DNA of 61,476 nt, counting the filler, from Chloroflexota bacterium (GTDB taxonomy: Bacteria > Chloroflexota > Chloroflexia > QHBQ01): NCBI GenBank assembly GCA_043754535.1. It is 4 parts of 4 records of this genome, joined end to end, with 100 filler letters (N's around TTAATTAATTAA, not from the genome) between each part and the next. Parts side by side here need not be neighbours in the genome. Positions count along the whole stretch, not along the records: positions 15,844 to 31,272 come from JAYUUN010000035.1; 3 more parts are not named here. One strand, written 5' to 3'. This document shows positions 19,489 to 29,400 of the stretch, piece by piece. The notes beneath the pieces were generated by a model. It had not been told where the DNA came from. It saw only the letters and a program-made list of their open reading frames with translations, and did not search any database. The translations under genes and the position numbers were made by a program. Position 1 is the stretch's first letter, and every line of letters begins with the position of its first letter.

Positions 19489-19565
19489 GAGTGTATCACT
19501 TGTTCACTTCCGTTCCTTTTTGAGTGTATCGCTTGTTCACTTCCGTTCCTTTTTGAGTTTATCAC
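19489..19565. repeat. 33 bp tandem repeat, 2.3 copies
   Basis: GAGTGTATC(A/G)CTTGTTCACTTCCGTTCCTTTTT x2 plus GAGTTTATCAC. Confidence 0.9.
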
Positions 19566-19754
19566 GTGGGCCTTCTGAGCAAGTTGGCTCAGGAGAATTG
19601 TACGTTGCCGCTAAACGCTTTCGACTTGGTTGTCCAATGGCTGGTCAAGACCAATCTGTGCCTGTAATTCCTCCTCTTCGCTAGGCTGAGTGCGTCGGCG
19701 TAGGACGAATACTACTTTGTCGGTTGAGCTAAAAGCTGGATCGGCATAGCGGAT

Positions 19755-19879
19755 ACGCCAGCGGTAAATCTGGTGGGGATGCACGCCGTGGTCGGAAGCG
19801 ATCTGGTTGATGGTCTTCTGTTCAGGCGGGACTTCACGGGCAACGTCACCTTGAAGGCTGCTAAGTAGGTCTTCTTTAT
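19755..19879 (-). mobile_element. IS3-family transposase OrfA remnant
   Basis: Frameshifted IKKTYLAAFKVT / EQKTINQIASDHGVHPHQIYRWR = typical IS3 OrfA HTH; start decayed to ATA. Confidence 0.75.
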
Positions 19880-20039
19880 GGCCTTCTTTGTTGTCTAAGT
19901 ATGGGGGTACATCTGATGTGGGACTTTTATACCAGGCTGTACAGTACCAATGGCAGCTAAATCACCTTGCTGACTTGTGATAGAAGTGACACGATAAGAT
20001 ATCCACCCCTGTAGATCACGCTTAGCAAGGAGAGGGTAA

Positions 20040-20948
20040 ATGCCGCAAACTTTGTGCAAGTGGCAACGAGTGCTAGCTGACCTCGATGCTAGCGAGCAGC
20101 AGGTGGGCATCACCTGGCTAACCGAGGAACTGTTGGCTACTGGTGATCTGTACGGCTTTGGGCGCAAGCGGGTTGCAGGGGTAGCCTACTTCTGCTGGCT
20201 CTTGCCACCAGCAGAGCAGAGGCTTGCTCTCGCCCCACTGCTCGGCAAGCTCCTGCTCTGGATTTACGCCATAGATGGAGTGCTAGACAACTGCACCGAC
20301 CTGGACGCTGTGGATACTCTCCACAGCGTGGTGGAGGCTGCCTTCAACCAGCCTGACCAGGCACTGGTGCAAGACGAGAGGGTGAAGTCACTGCTCGTTG
20401 GCCTGAGTGATCTGCTAGCTACCCTGAATGCCAGCTATGGTCTGGATAGCGCAGCAACAAACCTGTTGCACGAGCAGTTCAGCCAGGAAGTGCGTGAGAT
20501 GGGGGTGGAAACTGCCTGGCGGCTGGACGGCTCGTGGCATGGGATCACGGTTGAGGCTTACCTGGCGGTGGCTGCGGTCTCCATTGCTGCCCTGCTCACC
20601 ACTGCCCTGGCCCTCGTTGCGGTTGACAGTGGTCTCATGCTCTGGCCTAAGTTCGTGCCTGCCATCCTCCAGGCCGGGGTAGTCTGCCGCCTCACCAACG
20701 ACATAGCGACCGCTGGGAAGGAACGTGGTGAAGGTGGAGCTAACGCCCTCTTTCTCATAGTTGGGGAGGAGCAAGTGCAGAGGCGTGCAGCCTATGCACT
20801 CATCGAGCAGGCGGGAACACAAATGGATCAGGAGCTAGCTGCTCTGGATCCTGGTTCCGATGCCACCTACCTAGGTGGCATCCTACAGCGGATGTGCGCC
20901 GTTACCGTCGCCATGTATCATGTAGGTGATTTCTACGCCCTGGATTAA
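20040..20948 (+). CDS. Class I terpene synthase-family protein
   Basis: WIYAIDGVLD (variant DDxxD), RLTNDIATAGKE (NSE/DTE motif), GGANAL; ~300 aa helical; AGGAG RBS. Confidence 0.8.
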   Translation: MPQTLCKWQRVLADLDASEQQVGITWLTEELLATGDLYGFGRKRVAGVAYFCWLLPPAEQRLALAPLLGKLLLWIYAIDGVLDNCTDLDAVDTLHSVVEAAFNQPDQALVQDERVKSLLVGLSDLLATLNASYGLDSAATNLLHEQFSQEVREMGVETAWRLDGSWHGITVEAYLAVAAVSIAALLTTALALVAVDSGLMLWPKFVPAILQAGVVCRLTNDIATAGKERGEGGANALFLIVGEEQVQRRAAYALIEQAGTQMDQELAALDPGSDATYLGGILQRMCAVTVAMYHVGDFYALD

Positions 20949-20985
20949 CGCGACGTAGCTATGTACCAACTAGACCGGCAACAGC

Positions 20986-21012
20986 AAGGGGCCGCTTGGT
21001 TAGTGGCCCCTT
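20986..21012. terminator. Hairpin between convergent genes
   Basis: AAGGGGCCGCT-tggtt-AGTGGCCCCTT. Confidence 0.6.
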
Positions 21013-21036
21013 AACCTTGAGCTACCTAAAGCTGAG

Positions 21037-22074
21037 CTAGCGGTCTCGACTGCGGCTGATGCTCATCCCGTGCAGACTAAGTTCCAGCGGTACAGGCGGG
21101 GTGGCACCATTGTTGACGAAGCCAGTTGAGGATAAAGAATTGTTGGCCCAGGCGTAAACTTGACTGGCGCGGGGCTGGGACCAGCGTTTGGCATTAATTG
21201 GCGCGTCTGCCCCCGTTTGGCCGTAGCCGAGGAAGGTAGCAACGGCGAGCTTGGATAGCTGAGTAGAGCCGTTGCGGTATCTCGCTACTTCCTGGCCGTC
21301 AATGTGGAACACGAGGTCGAAGGCAGGACGCTGGGTGTTCTCGACCGGGCCAGTCTGCACCCAGTCGATAGCGTAGTTGTGGGGGTGGGTGAAGAACTCG
21401 GCGGGGTAATCGGTCAACAACTCCTCGTAGGTGAGGCCATTGGCGAAGTCGTAGACGAAGACGTGGGGGCGCGCCTGGAGGCCGCCATTGAGTACCTGGC
21501 TAGCGGGGGGGTCTTCAGATGCTACGAGGGCAAAACTGGCCGCAAGCACGCGGTAACTAGTGGGGTCTATCGTGCCATCTGGCAGGAAGCTGACCGGCTC
21601 GGCACTCTGGAAGCCCCAACCAGTCGAGCCGACCGTGCCGGTCTGGATGAAGGAAGGCGAGATTGCCAGTCCATACCAGTCCGCCCGCCGCCCTGGGTAC
21701 ATCACGCGGTAGTCACCTTGCTGGTAGAGGCGGTTGAACAGCGTCTGCGAGAGGGGGGCAACGCTATCTACCTGCGAGTTGATGTAGCTCTGGTTAGGGC
21801 AGTTGTTGGTCGCTGAGAGGATAGCTGTGCGATTCAGGCTGATCTTCCAGCCGCTCTGGTTATCCCAACGTTGCAGCCGGGGTGTAGGATTATTGCTCAC
21901 CACCTCGCTGCTAGGGGTGCAGAGCGACTCCTCGAACTGCGAGCGCGTCAGTTGAGTGTTGGACTGGTAGAAGACGCTCCAAGAGTGGTTGTCGCCACCG
22001 TTGCCCTGACCACCGCCATTGCCGTGATCGTCACTGGCAGTGCCAGCCTGACTACCTGCCAGGATCAGCACCAA
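21037..22074 (-). CDS. Hypothetical secreted beta-sandwich (ConA/GH16-like) protein, probably 5' truncated
   Basis: HNYAIDW...LVFHIDGQEVARY; signal-like SRAIVAVLGLVLILA continues upstream of TTG without ATG/RBS. Confidence 0.5.
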   Translation of the reverse strand: MVLILAGSQAGTASDDHGNGGGQGNGGDNHSWSVFYQSNTQLTRSQFEESLCTPSSEVVSNNPTPRLQRWDNQSGWKISLNRTAILSATNNCPNQSYINSQVDSVAPLSQTLFNRLYQQGDYRVMYPGRRADWYGLAISPSFIQTGTVGSTGWGFQSAEPVSFLPDGTIDPTSYRVLAASFALVASEDPPASQVLNGGLQARPHVFVYDFANGLTYEELLTDYPAEFFTHPHNYAIDWVQTGPVENTQRPAFDLVFHIDGQEVARYRNGSTQLSKLAVATFLGYGQTGADAPINAKRWSQPRASQVYAWANNSLSSTGFVNNGATPPVPLELSLHGMSISRSRDR

Positions 22075-22117
22075 GCCGAGAACTGCTACTATTGCCCGGC
22101 TGCCGACGGGTGGTAGC

Positions 22118-24558
22118 CCCAGCCTCGGCTACCTCGCGGCCAGCCTCGGCCTGACCGCCAACGAGTTCAGCCTGCGGCTCAGCGGCAGACGCGAACGTAG
22201 CTTCACCAGCCCCCAGGTGCAGGCTATCGTCCGCCAACTCGCGGAGTGGGGTGGGCTGCAAACCACCGCGCAGGCGGCAGAGTTGCTGACCCTCGGCGGC
22301 GTTGCCCCCTTCAGCGACGATGCCTGGCAGCAGCAGCCACTCAACCGGCTACTCAAGGTTGCAGCCAGCGACCACGCTGAAGGGGCCACTCCGCCCACCG
22401 CCGACTTGCCCGCCTTCCGCCTCCGCCTACGCGAACTCTACCGTCAGGCCAGCCCCTACGACGATAGTCGCCCACCCACCCAGCGTGACCTCGCCGCCGC
22501 CATCGGCCTCGCCGACAAGGAGTTGAGCAGGCGGCTACATGGCAAGGGACAACTGACAACCCAAGATGCCCACGCCATTGTGCGGACGCTGACCGAGTGG
22601 GGGCAATCCACAGCCGCCACCAAGCCGAGGAGTTGCAGCAACTCTTGGCAACCCCCAACTTTAGCCCGGCAGATTGGGCCAGCCCACCGCTTGATTTGCT
22701 CACCCAGCTGCCTATCGCTACCGCTGCTAAGGCACTCAACCTGCCCCAACCCCGCAGTAGCTTTGTGGGGCGGACGGCAGCCATTGCCACTTGCACGCGC
22801 TTGCTCCGCCAAGTGCGCTTGCTCACCATCGTTGGGCCGGGTGGCGTTGGCAAAACCAGGCTGGCAATCGAACTGACCCGCCGCCAGACCGCCGACTATC
22901 AAGCCGGTAGCTGCTTTGTTGAGCTTGCGACGCTGCCGAATGGTGAGTTCCTCCCGCAACTGGTCGTCCGCAGCCTCGGCCTGCGTGAGCAGCCCGGTCT
23001 CAGCCCGTTGGCAGCCTTGCAGCAGCACCTGGCTGAACAGCAACTGCTGCTCGTCTTGGACAACTGCGAACATCTACTCGCCGCAGTTAGTGGGTTGGTT
23101 GCCGACCTCCTGGATGCCTGTCCAAACCTGACGATCCTCAGCACTTCCCGCAGTGATTTGGCTCTGGCTGCTGGCTGGGATTTGGAGGCTGCCGAGGTAG
23201 TCTGCACGGACGAGGGGTTGAGCGGCACGGCGGTGTTGCCCAGCCTGCGCCGCCTGGTCGCGCAATCGCTGGTTGAGGTGCAGGTCAGCGGCAACGGCGA
23301 GACGATGCGCCACCGCCTACTTGAGCCGTTGCGCGAGTTTGCGCTGGTTGAACTGGCGGCAGCAGGAGAGCAGGCTGATCTCGCCGCCCGCCACGCTGCG
23401 CTCTACCTGCAACTGGCCGAAGCTGCGGCTCCCCACCTCACCGGGCCGCTGGTTGAACATTGGCAGGCCCGCTTGACCAGCGAATACAGCAACCTGCGAG
23501 CCGCCCTCGGCTGGTCGGTGCAGCACGACAACGGCGCGACTGCCCTCCGCATCGGGCTGGCAATTTGGCGGCTGTGGATCAGGCAGGGTGCGTTTAGCGA
23601 AGCTCACTATTGGCTGGAGGCGGCTCTGCAAGCAGCGGGCGCGGACGCGCCGCAACGGGCGGCGGTTCTGCTCACACGGGGTGGTCTCGCGCTTGCTCAC
23701 GGGGATGGCGCAGCAACAGTCTGGCTAAACGAGAGTCTAGCCCTCGCCCGCAAGCAAGGCGACCATCCAACTGCCCTGGCTGCCAACCTCAGTCTGGGTG
23801 ACGCTGCTTTCTACGGCGGTGAACTCGACTTGGCCGCCAGCTATTACCAGACGGCCTTGAGCCTGAGCTAACTGCTGGGGGAAGTGCAGAAGCGGCCCTC
23901 GATTCTGGAAGGGCTGGCAAACTTGCATATAAAGCAGTACGGCTATGCTGACGGAGAGGCCGTCGCGCTCTACCATGAAGCGGTTGCTTTGGTGCGTCAG
24001 CAGGGCAGTCGGCCCGCCCTTGTCAACCTGCTCACCAACCTGGCCGATGCCGCCTATGACCAAAGTGATCTGGTCGCTGCTGCCGCACATACTGCCGAGG
24101 GGCTGGCAATAGTCCGCCAACTGGGATCACAGCCAAGCATTGGCAATTTGTTGACCAGGCAGGCGTTGGTTGCCACCGCGCAAGGGGAGGCCGCAGCGGG
24201 AGCAGCAGCGGCGTTGGCAAGCCTCGACATCTTGCAGGCAGTTGGGCAGGGTCGGCAGGTGGCTTTCGCCCTCATGTCTCTGAGTTACGCCGTAAGTGAA
24301 CTCAACCAACCGGAAGCAGCCGCTCGCTTGAGCGGGGCTGCCGAGCAGCGGCGCGAGGCTAGCGGTTTGCAACTGCCGTCAGCAAAGCAGTCACTATACG
24401 AGCGCATCGTTGCCAGCCTGCAAGCCAGGCTGGGCCTGACCCGCTACCTGACCCTGACCGCCGAGGGCGCAGCGATGAGCCAGGCCCAGGCTGTGCAGTA
24501 CGCCCAGAGCCTTGCGCCACTGCTGACCGCACCGCTGCCGGTCAGCCAGAACTCCTGA
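22118..24558 (+). pseudogene. Tandem-HTH + STAND (NB-ARC-like) ATPase + TPR regulator, pseudogene
   Basis: Two HTH repeats (LAASLGLTANEFSLRL; LAAAIGLADKELSRRL), GPGGVGKTRLA, LLVLDNCEHL, TPRs; frameshift in G-run 22599-22603, internal deletion after STSRS, in-frame TAA 23869-23871. Confidence 0.88.
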
Positions 24559-24680
24559 TTAGCAAAAACCGCTCATCTTTTGACAAAGAAACCTTACCTT
24601 TGCTCACCATTTTCGTGCCTGCTGTGCTATCATCCTGCTGACAGCCACTTAGCGTAACAGCGTCAGCACAGGAGAGTGTC

Positions 24681-25125
24681 ATGTCCAAGTTCTTGCGTCT
24701 CCTCAGCAGCCTCGTGCTACTAGTAGCCATGGTCGGCGGCTTGCTCGGCAACGCAGCCAGCCCAGTGCAGGCCAGCACCCGACCATCAGCCGCTGGCAAC
24801 CAGCCAGCCAAGCAACCCGCCGACCCGCAAGCCACCAGCTTCGGCCTGCTGACCATCCCCGGCCTGCCCGACTATAGGACAGCAGCGTAGCCTTGGGGCG
24901 ACTACGACAACGATGGCCGCCTCGACTTCCTGCTCACTGGTTAATCAAATATATACCCCGTCCACGCTTGCGAACCAGACCTTCGCCGACGTGCCACCCT
25001 AGAGATTTGGCTACACCGAGATTGAGACACTGGTAGCACACATGGCATCATCAAATGACAACATCCGGCGGGAAGAACTGTCGAAGGTCGTGCGAAGGGC
25101 GATTGTCACCACTCGTACACCCTAA
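24681..25125 (+). pseudogene. Remnant of secreted FG-GAP/VCBS + SLH protein
   Basis: AGGAG RBS, signal peptide, then WGDYDNDGRLDFLLTG* and decayed SLH QTFADVPP*RFGYTEIETLVAH...RREELSKVVRRAI. Confidence 0.75.
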
Positions 25126-25282
25126 ACCGAGCAGTAACTATCCTTACTTGCCAGTTAAGCAGGGAGCAAGGCATGGTCAGTAGCCGTTGAAGCAGGAGAT
25201 GTTGGATAGAAGTCTATGTTGCGGTGCAGCTATAGTTCATTATGCTGACCGACTTGTTGACTGGATGCGGCTGGATGAACGA

Positions 25283-26491
25283 TCAGCCACCCAACTGGTC
25301 GCGGAACCAAGCCAGGAAGCGGGTGAGGTCGTCGCTCGCAAAGTAGTAACCCTGTAGCCGCATCAGCTGGTTGTCTTCCTTAAACAGGAGGTCACCGTGC
25401 TTCTGCAACTGCTCGGCTCCTGGCTCGTCGAGGATCATTTTGGAGGCGATAGCGTCGTTCATTCGCAATGCCACCCTACTGTTCATCAGTGTGCGGATGT
25501 TGCTCGGCACTAGGTCAACCGAGGGCCGCTGGGTGCAGAGGACAAGGTGAACGCTGCGGTTGCGGCCAAGTTGGGCGATCCGTCGGATGATGTTGTAGAA
25601 GGCATCGCGCCGCTTCTTCTGTCCGGCCAACTGGTCGGCGAGGTCGGCAAACTCGTCCACTACCACCACGAACGGTGCAAGCGGGGTCTGGCTACGGGCA
25701 TTGTAGGACACTACGTCGCGTGCGCCCGCATCTTCCAGCAGGACACGCCGCTGCTCGAAGATTTGCTCAACCAACTCCTCGATCTGATCCACCGCTTCCT
25801 GCGCGTCCGACACCACCTGCCCACCCTCAAGTTGTGGCAACCCGCGAAAGAAGGTGAAGTCCTCCGATTTGGAGGTTGAGATGAACAGCCGCAGATCGCT
25901 AGCACGCGGGTGGCTGTAGAGCAGGCTACCCAGCAGGCTGTAGAGGAAGATTGTCTTGCCTGCCCCAGTCGTGCCGCCGACCAGCATATGTGGCATTGTT
26001 GCCAGGTCGCGCACAATATGTTTACCTTCGGGCGTGACCCCGATGGTGATCGGCAACTGCTCAAGCCCAGCAATCGATGGCAGGTGGGTCAGGCCAGAGG
26101 CGAAGGGGACGATCTGGCGGTCGCTGCGCGGCACATCAAGGGCGATCAGGTCGCTGTTCGGCTGGGTCGTGACCAGCAGGCGTTCGCGGCGCATCTCGCG
26201 GCCAATATCTCCCAGTGCGTTCCGCAGTGGGTTGAGCGGCTGCCCCTTTGCGAGCCGCACGTAGAAGCGAATTACGCCAGGGCCAACCTTCGCTAGTTGC
26301 GGGTCGCAGTCCTGCACGTTGATGCGGTACGACTTTGCGGCACGGGTGAAGGCGTGGGCGATCTCGCTCAAAGCAGCCTCGGCCACGCCTGCATCAGCAG
26401 ATGGTTGCGCGGCAAAGCAGGCCAGCAATTGGGCCGCTATCCGCGACACTATTGCCGGCTCAGTCTCATTTTTTACTGTGGGTGTTTGCAT
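25283..26491 (-). CDS. FtsK/SpoIIIE-type ATPase domain (possibly frameshifted C-terminus of upstream gene)
   Basis: MPHMLVGGTTGAGKT Walker A, VVVVDEFADL Walker B, HLVLCTQRPS, GAEQLQKHGDLLF; no TM or gamma domain. Confidence 0.9.
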   Translation of the reverse strand: MQTPTVKNETEPAIVSRIAAQLLACFAAQPSADAGVAEAALSEIAHAFTRAAKSYRINVQDCDPQLAKVGPGVIRFYVRLAKGQPLNPLRNALGDIGREMRRERLLVTTQPNSDLIALDVPRSDRQIVPFASGLTHLPSIAGLEQLPITIGVTPEGKHIVRDLATMPHMLVGGTTGAGKTIFLYSLLGSLLYSHPRASDLRLFISTSKSEDFTFFRGLPQLEGGQVVSDAQEAVDQIEELVEQIFEQRRVLLEDAGARDVVSYNARSQTPLAPFVVVVDEFADLADQLAGQKKRRDAFYNIIRRIAQLGRNRSVHLVLCTQRPSVDLVPSNIRTLMNSRVALRMNDAIASKMILDEPGAEQLQKHGDLLFKEDNQLMRLQGYYFASDDLTRFLAWFRDQLGG

Positions 26492-29400
26492 CGATATGTC
26501 GACCGCGGTCCGCTGGCTGACTCAACGGTGCCGACAAGCAGGACTGGTTGCTGCACGTCAAGCAGCAGGGAGGCTGGCTCAACTGCTGGCTGGCTGATTG
26601 CGGGCGTGGTCAGCGTTGCGAGGCGCAGTAGCCGCCCTGTCGTGAAGTATTCCACGACCGCAGCCGCTATCGGCGAAGGAGCGGCTTCGTCACTGGGTAG
26701 CAGGGCCAACGCCCGGTTGATGCTCTCCTGCCCCAGCCACAGCATGGTCACACCGTCGGTACTGCTGTCTTCAGTGGCCGCCTGCGGGCTGAAGATCAGG
26801 CCGCTCTGCTTGAAGTCCAACTCATAGCCATAATCCAGCGTGTAGAGGAAGGGGCGCACCGCTTCGGCATAGACCTGGTCAATCAGTCCGTAGCGGCTGG
26901 CGCGTTCAAGGTAGAACTCAAGTAGGCTGATCAATTCGCGGCTACGTAGCTGGTGATCCACCCGCTTTGCATCGGAGTCGAAGCGGTTCTCCAACGCCTT
27001 GCGGGTTGCCACTACCTGTTCGGCGATGTGGTCGGCGAGTTCATTGCGGGCGACACTGCCACTCAAATGCTTGCGATACTTGACTTCAACCACGTGAAAA
27101 GTCAGGCGGCGATTGGCCGGGTCAAGCTGCACAAGGAGCAGGTCGCCACGTAGGTTGGGAGCATCGTCGTCGCGGCTGTTCAACAGGCTTTGGTGCGCGT
27201 CAATCGGGATCAGCAGATGATGGCGCAGCAGGCCGTCCTGCTCAAAGTAAAGGCGGGTCAGCAACAGGCCAACCAGTTCCTCGGCATTGCGTTCACTATC
27301 GAGCAGCCGCAAAGCCAGCCCACCGGAGAGGGAGCGCAGTACAACCAGCAGTTCTGTCGCCCGGCTTTCGCTAACCGGCAGTCCTAGCCGCTCCATAACC
27401 CGACAGAGGACGTTGACGACCTCACCCGCCACTCGCGTAGTTAGCAGCAGGTGGCCGTCGGCATTGCCGAGGAAGGGTGGGTCGAAGGCGAGCAAGTAGA
27501 TTTGGCGGCGGTCATCCAAGCCATCAAAGTACTCCAGCCCGATGTTCTGGTCGAAGGTCTGCACCCAATCCGATACGTCATGCAGTTGGTAGAGCAAGTT
27601 CTTGCTGTCGGCTTCAAGGCGTAGCTGCAAAGTAGGCAAGCTGTCGCTGGCTCGGCCCGTAACCTGTTCGGCGTGCAGGCTGTCAAGGATCGCCAGCGTG
27701 TGGGTGAAGGGGTCTTGCTCCGGGCCAGGGCGCAGTTGTCGCCGCCAGCGGTAGCCGCCAGCTGGGTTGTCGTAAGCGACCACCGGTTGCTGCACGAGAC
27801 CGTTAATGTAGCTGGAACGGCCATCAGCCAGGGGTGCATCCAGTTCGGCAGTGACTGGGAAGGGGTCGAGCAGCAGGCTGATATGAGCGGCGTAGGAGGT
27901 GGGGTTACGGAGGAAATCGGCACGCTGGTGGCGGGCGATCCGCAGCCGGGGGTGCAGCGGGTCGCGGCCCGGCTCGGCGAACACGCCCGCCGCCTCGGAC
28001 ACCTGACGCTCTGGGTTGAGCAGAGCGGTCAGAGACGTACCAGCACTGCGTTGCCCGGCAGCATCGTTGCTGAACAACTGGATGTCATAGCTGAGTTCGG
28101 GCGACCCCAAACCCTTGGCCTGCGCCCGCAGTACGTCCTTTTGCAACTCCACCATTGCCTCGGCCAGCCACTCCATTGTCCCACCACCAAACACGTTCAG
28201 CCGTAGGGTGCGGACATAGGGATGTTGCCGCTGGTAGCGGGCCAGCAACTCCTTAACCTGTGCGATGGTGTAATCACCGCCAACACCCAGCACTGCTAGC
28301 TGGGCCAGAGCCATCCGACGAGCGTCAGCCACTAGTGGCAGGTAGAGCGACCAGCCGCCCAGTATGTCGGTTTGCAGTAGCCAGTTGTTAGATAGCGGGC
28401 GTAGTAGCGGCAGGTTGCGTGGCAGGAGGTCGCGCAGCAGCTTGCCCATCTCGCTGTGGCTAGCCTGTGACCCTCGCGCCTCGCGCAGCCAGTCGGCTTG
28501 CAGTCGGGCATGGCGTAGTTGCCAGCCCAGCAACAAAGGGTGCAGCGGCGCGACGATCTGCGCGATCACCGCGCCATCCCCAGCTTGCACCTCAACCACA
28601 TCCAGCCCGGTCACAACAGCCAAACTGCCCGCCTGCCCATGCCCGACCGCAATCAGCGACTTGCGGTAGGCTTGCAGGTATTCTTCGACCAGCGCGGTCA
28701 GCGGCAACAGGTCGGTTGCAGCCAGCAATCCCCCGCCGCTGCCGTTTGCCACCGCCTGCTGCACAGCATCGCACACGGCGCGGCGGGCCTTCAGAAGATC
28801 AGCGGGCAATGGCGCAGCAGCGGTGGGCGACACCACTGCCAGTGGGTTGCCCAGCCGGATGGCCCAGCCGGTGGCCTGCTCCGGAGCAGCCAGCAGCGCG
28901 TGTTCCAGTTCGGCCAGCAGCGGGTTGGGGTTCAGGGTAAATTGCTGACGGCCCGCTCCCTCGAAGCGCACCTCAATCGTGCTGCCGCCCTCCTTGACCT
29001 CGAACTCAGGCTTGCCCGCTTCCTTGCCGCCCTCGTTTGCCAGCAACATCGCTTCGCGCAGCGAACCCACGCTGCGGTTGAGCGGCTGGCTCTCCTCTGC
29101 CTCACCTGCCTCGTGGCCCAGCCAGAACGACTCGCTGGCGTTGACCAGGCGGCTCTGCTCGTTGTCGGGATCGCGTCGCGCTTTGTCGCTGCTCTCGTCG
29201 TTGACGACGTTGCCATGCTGGTCGAAGGCCCGCACTCGCACGTAGTAGAAGTCGTCCTCCACTTCTTGATCGTTCAGTTCAACCGGCCTGCTATGGCGCG
29301 GCGTACTCTTTTTGCTGACGTTGCGGCTCGTCCACGCCGGTACGCCCTCGTTGTTGAGCAACTCAACCCGATAGTAGACAACGGCGGGTGACTCGGCGGG

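Noticed and set aside
19489..19565. 33 bp repeats as a CRISPR array
   Set aside because: Head-to-tail with no spacers; no cas genes
23869..23871. Stop-codon readthrough or recoding (also TAG at 18618-18620)
   Set aside because: Both lie in genes with other lesions; simple pseudogenisation explains them
25283..26491. Housekeeping cell-division ftsK or conjugative coupling protein
   Set aside because: No TM or gamma domain, no relaxase/T4SS genes; operonic with a nuclease-motif protein
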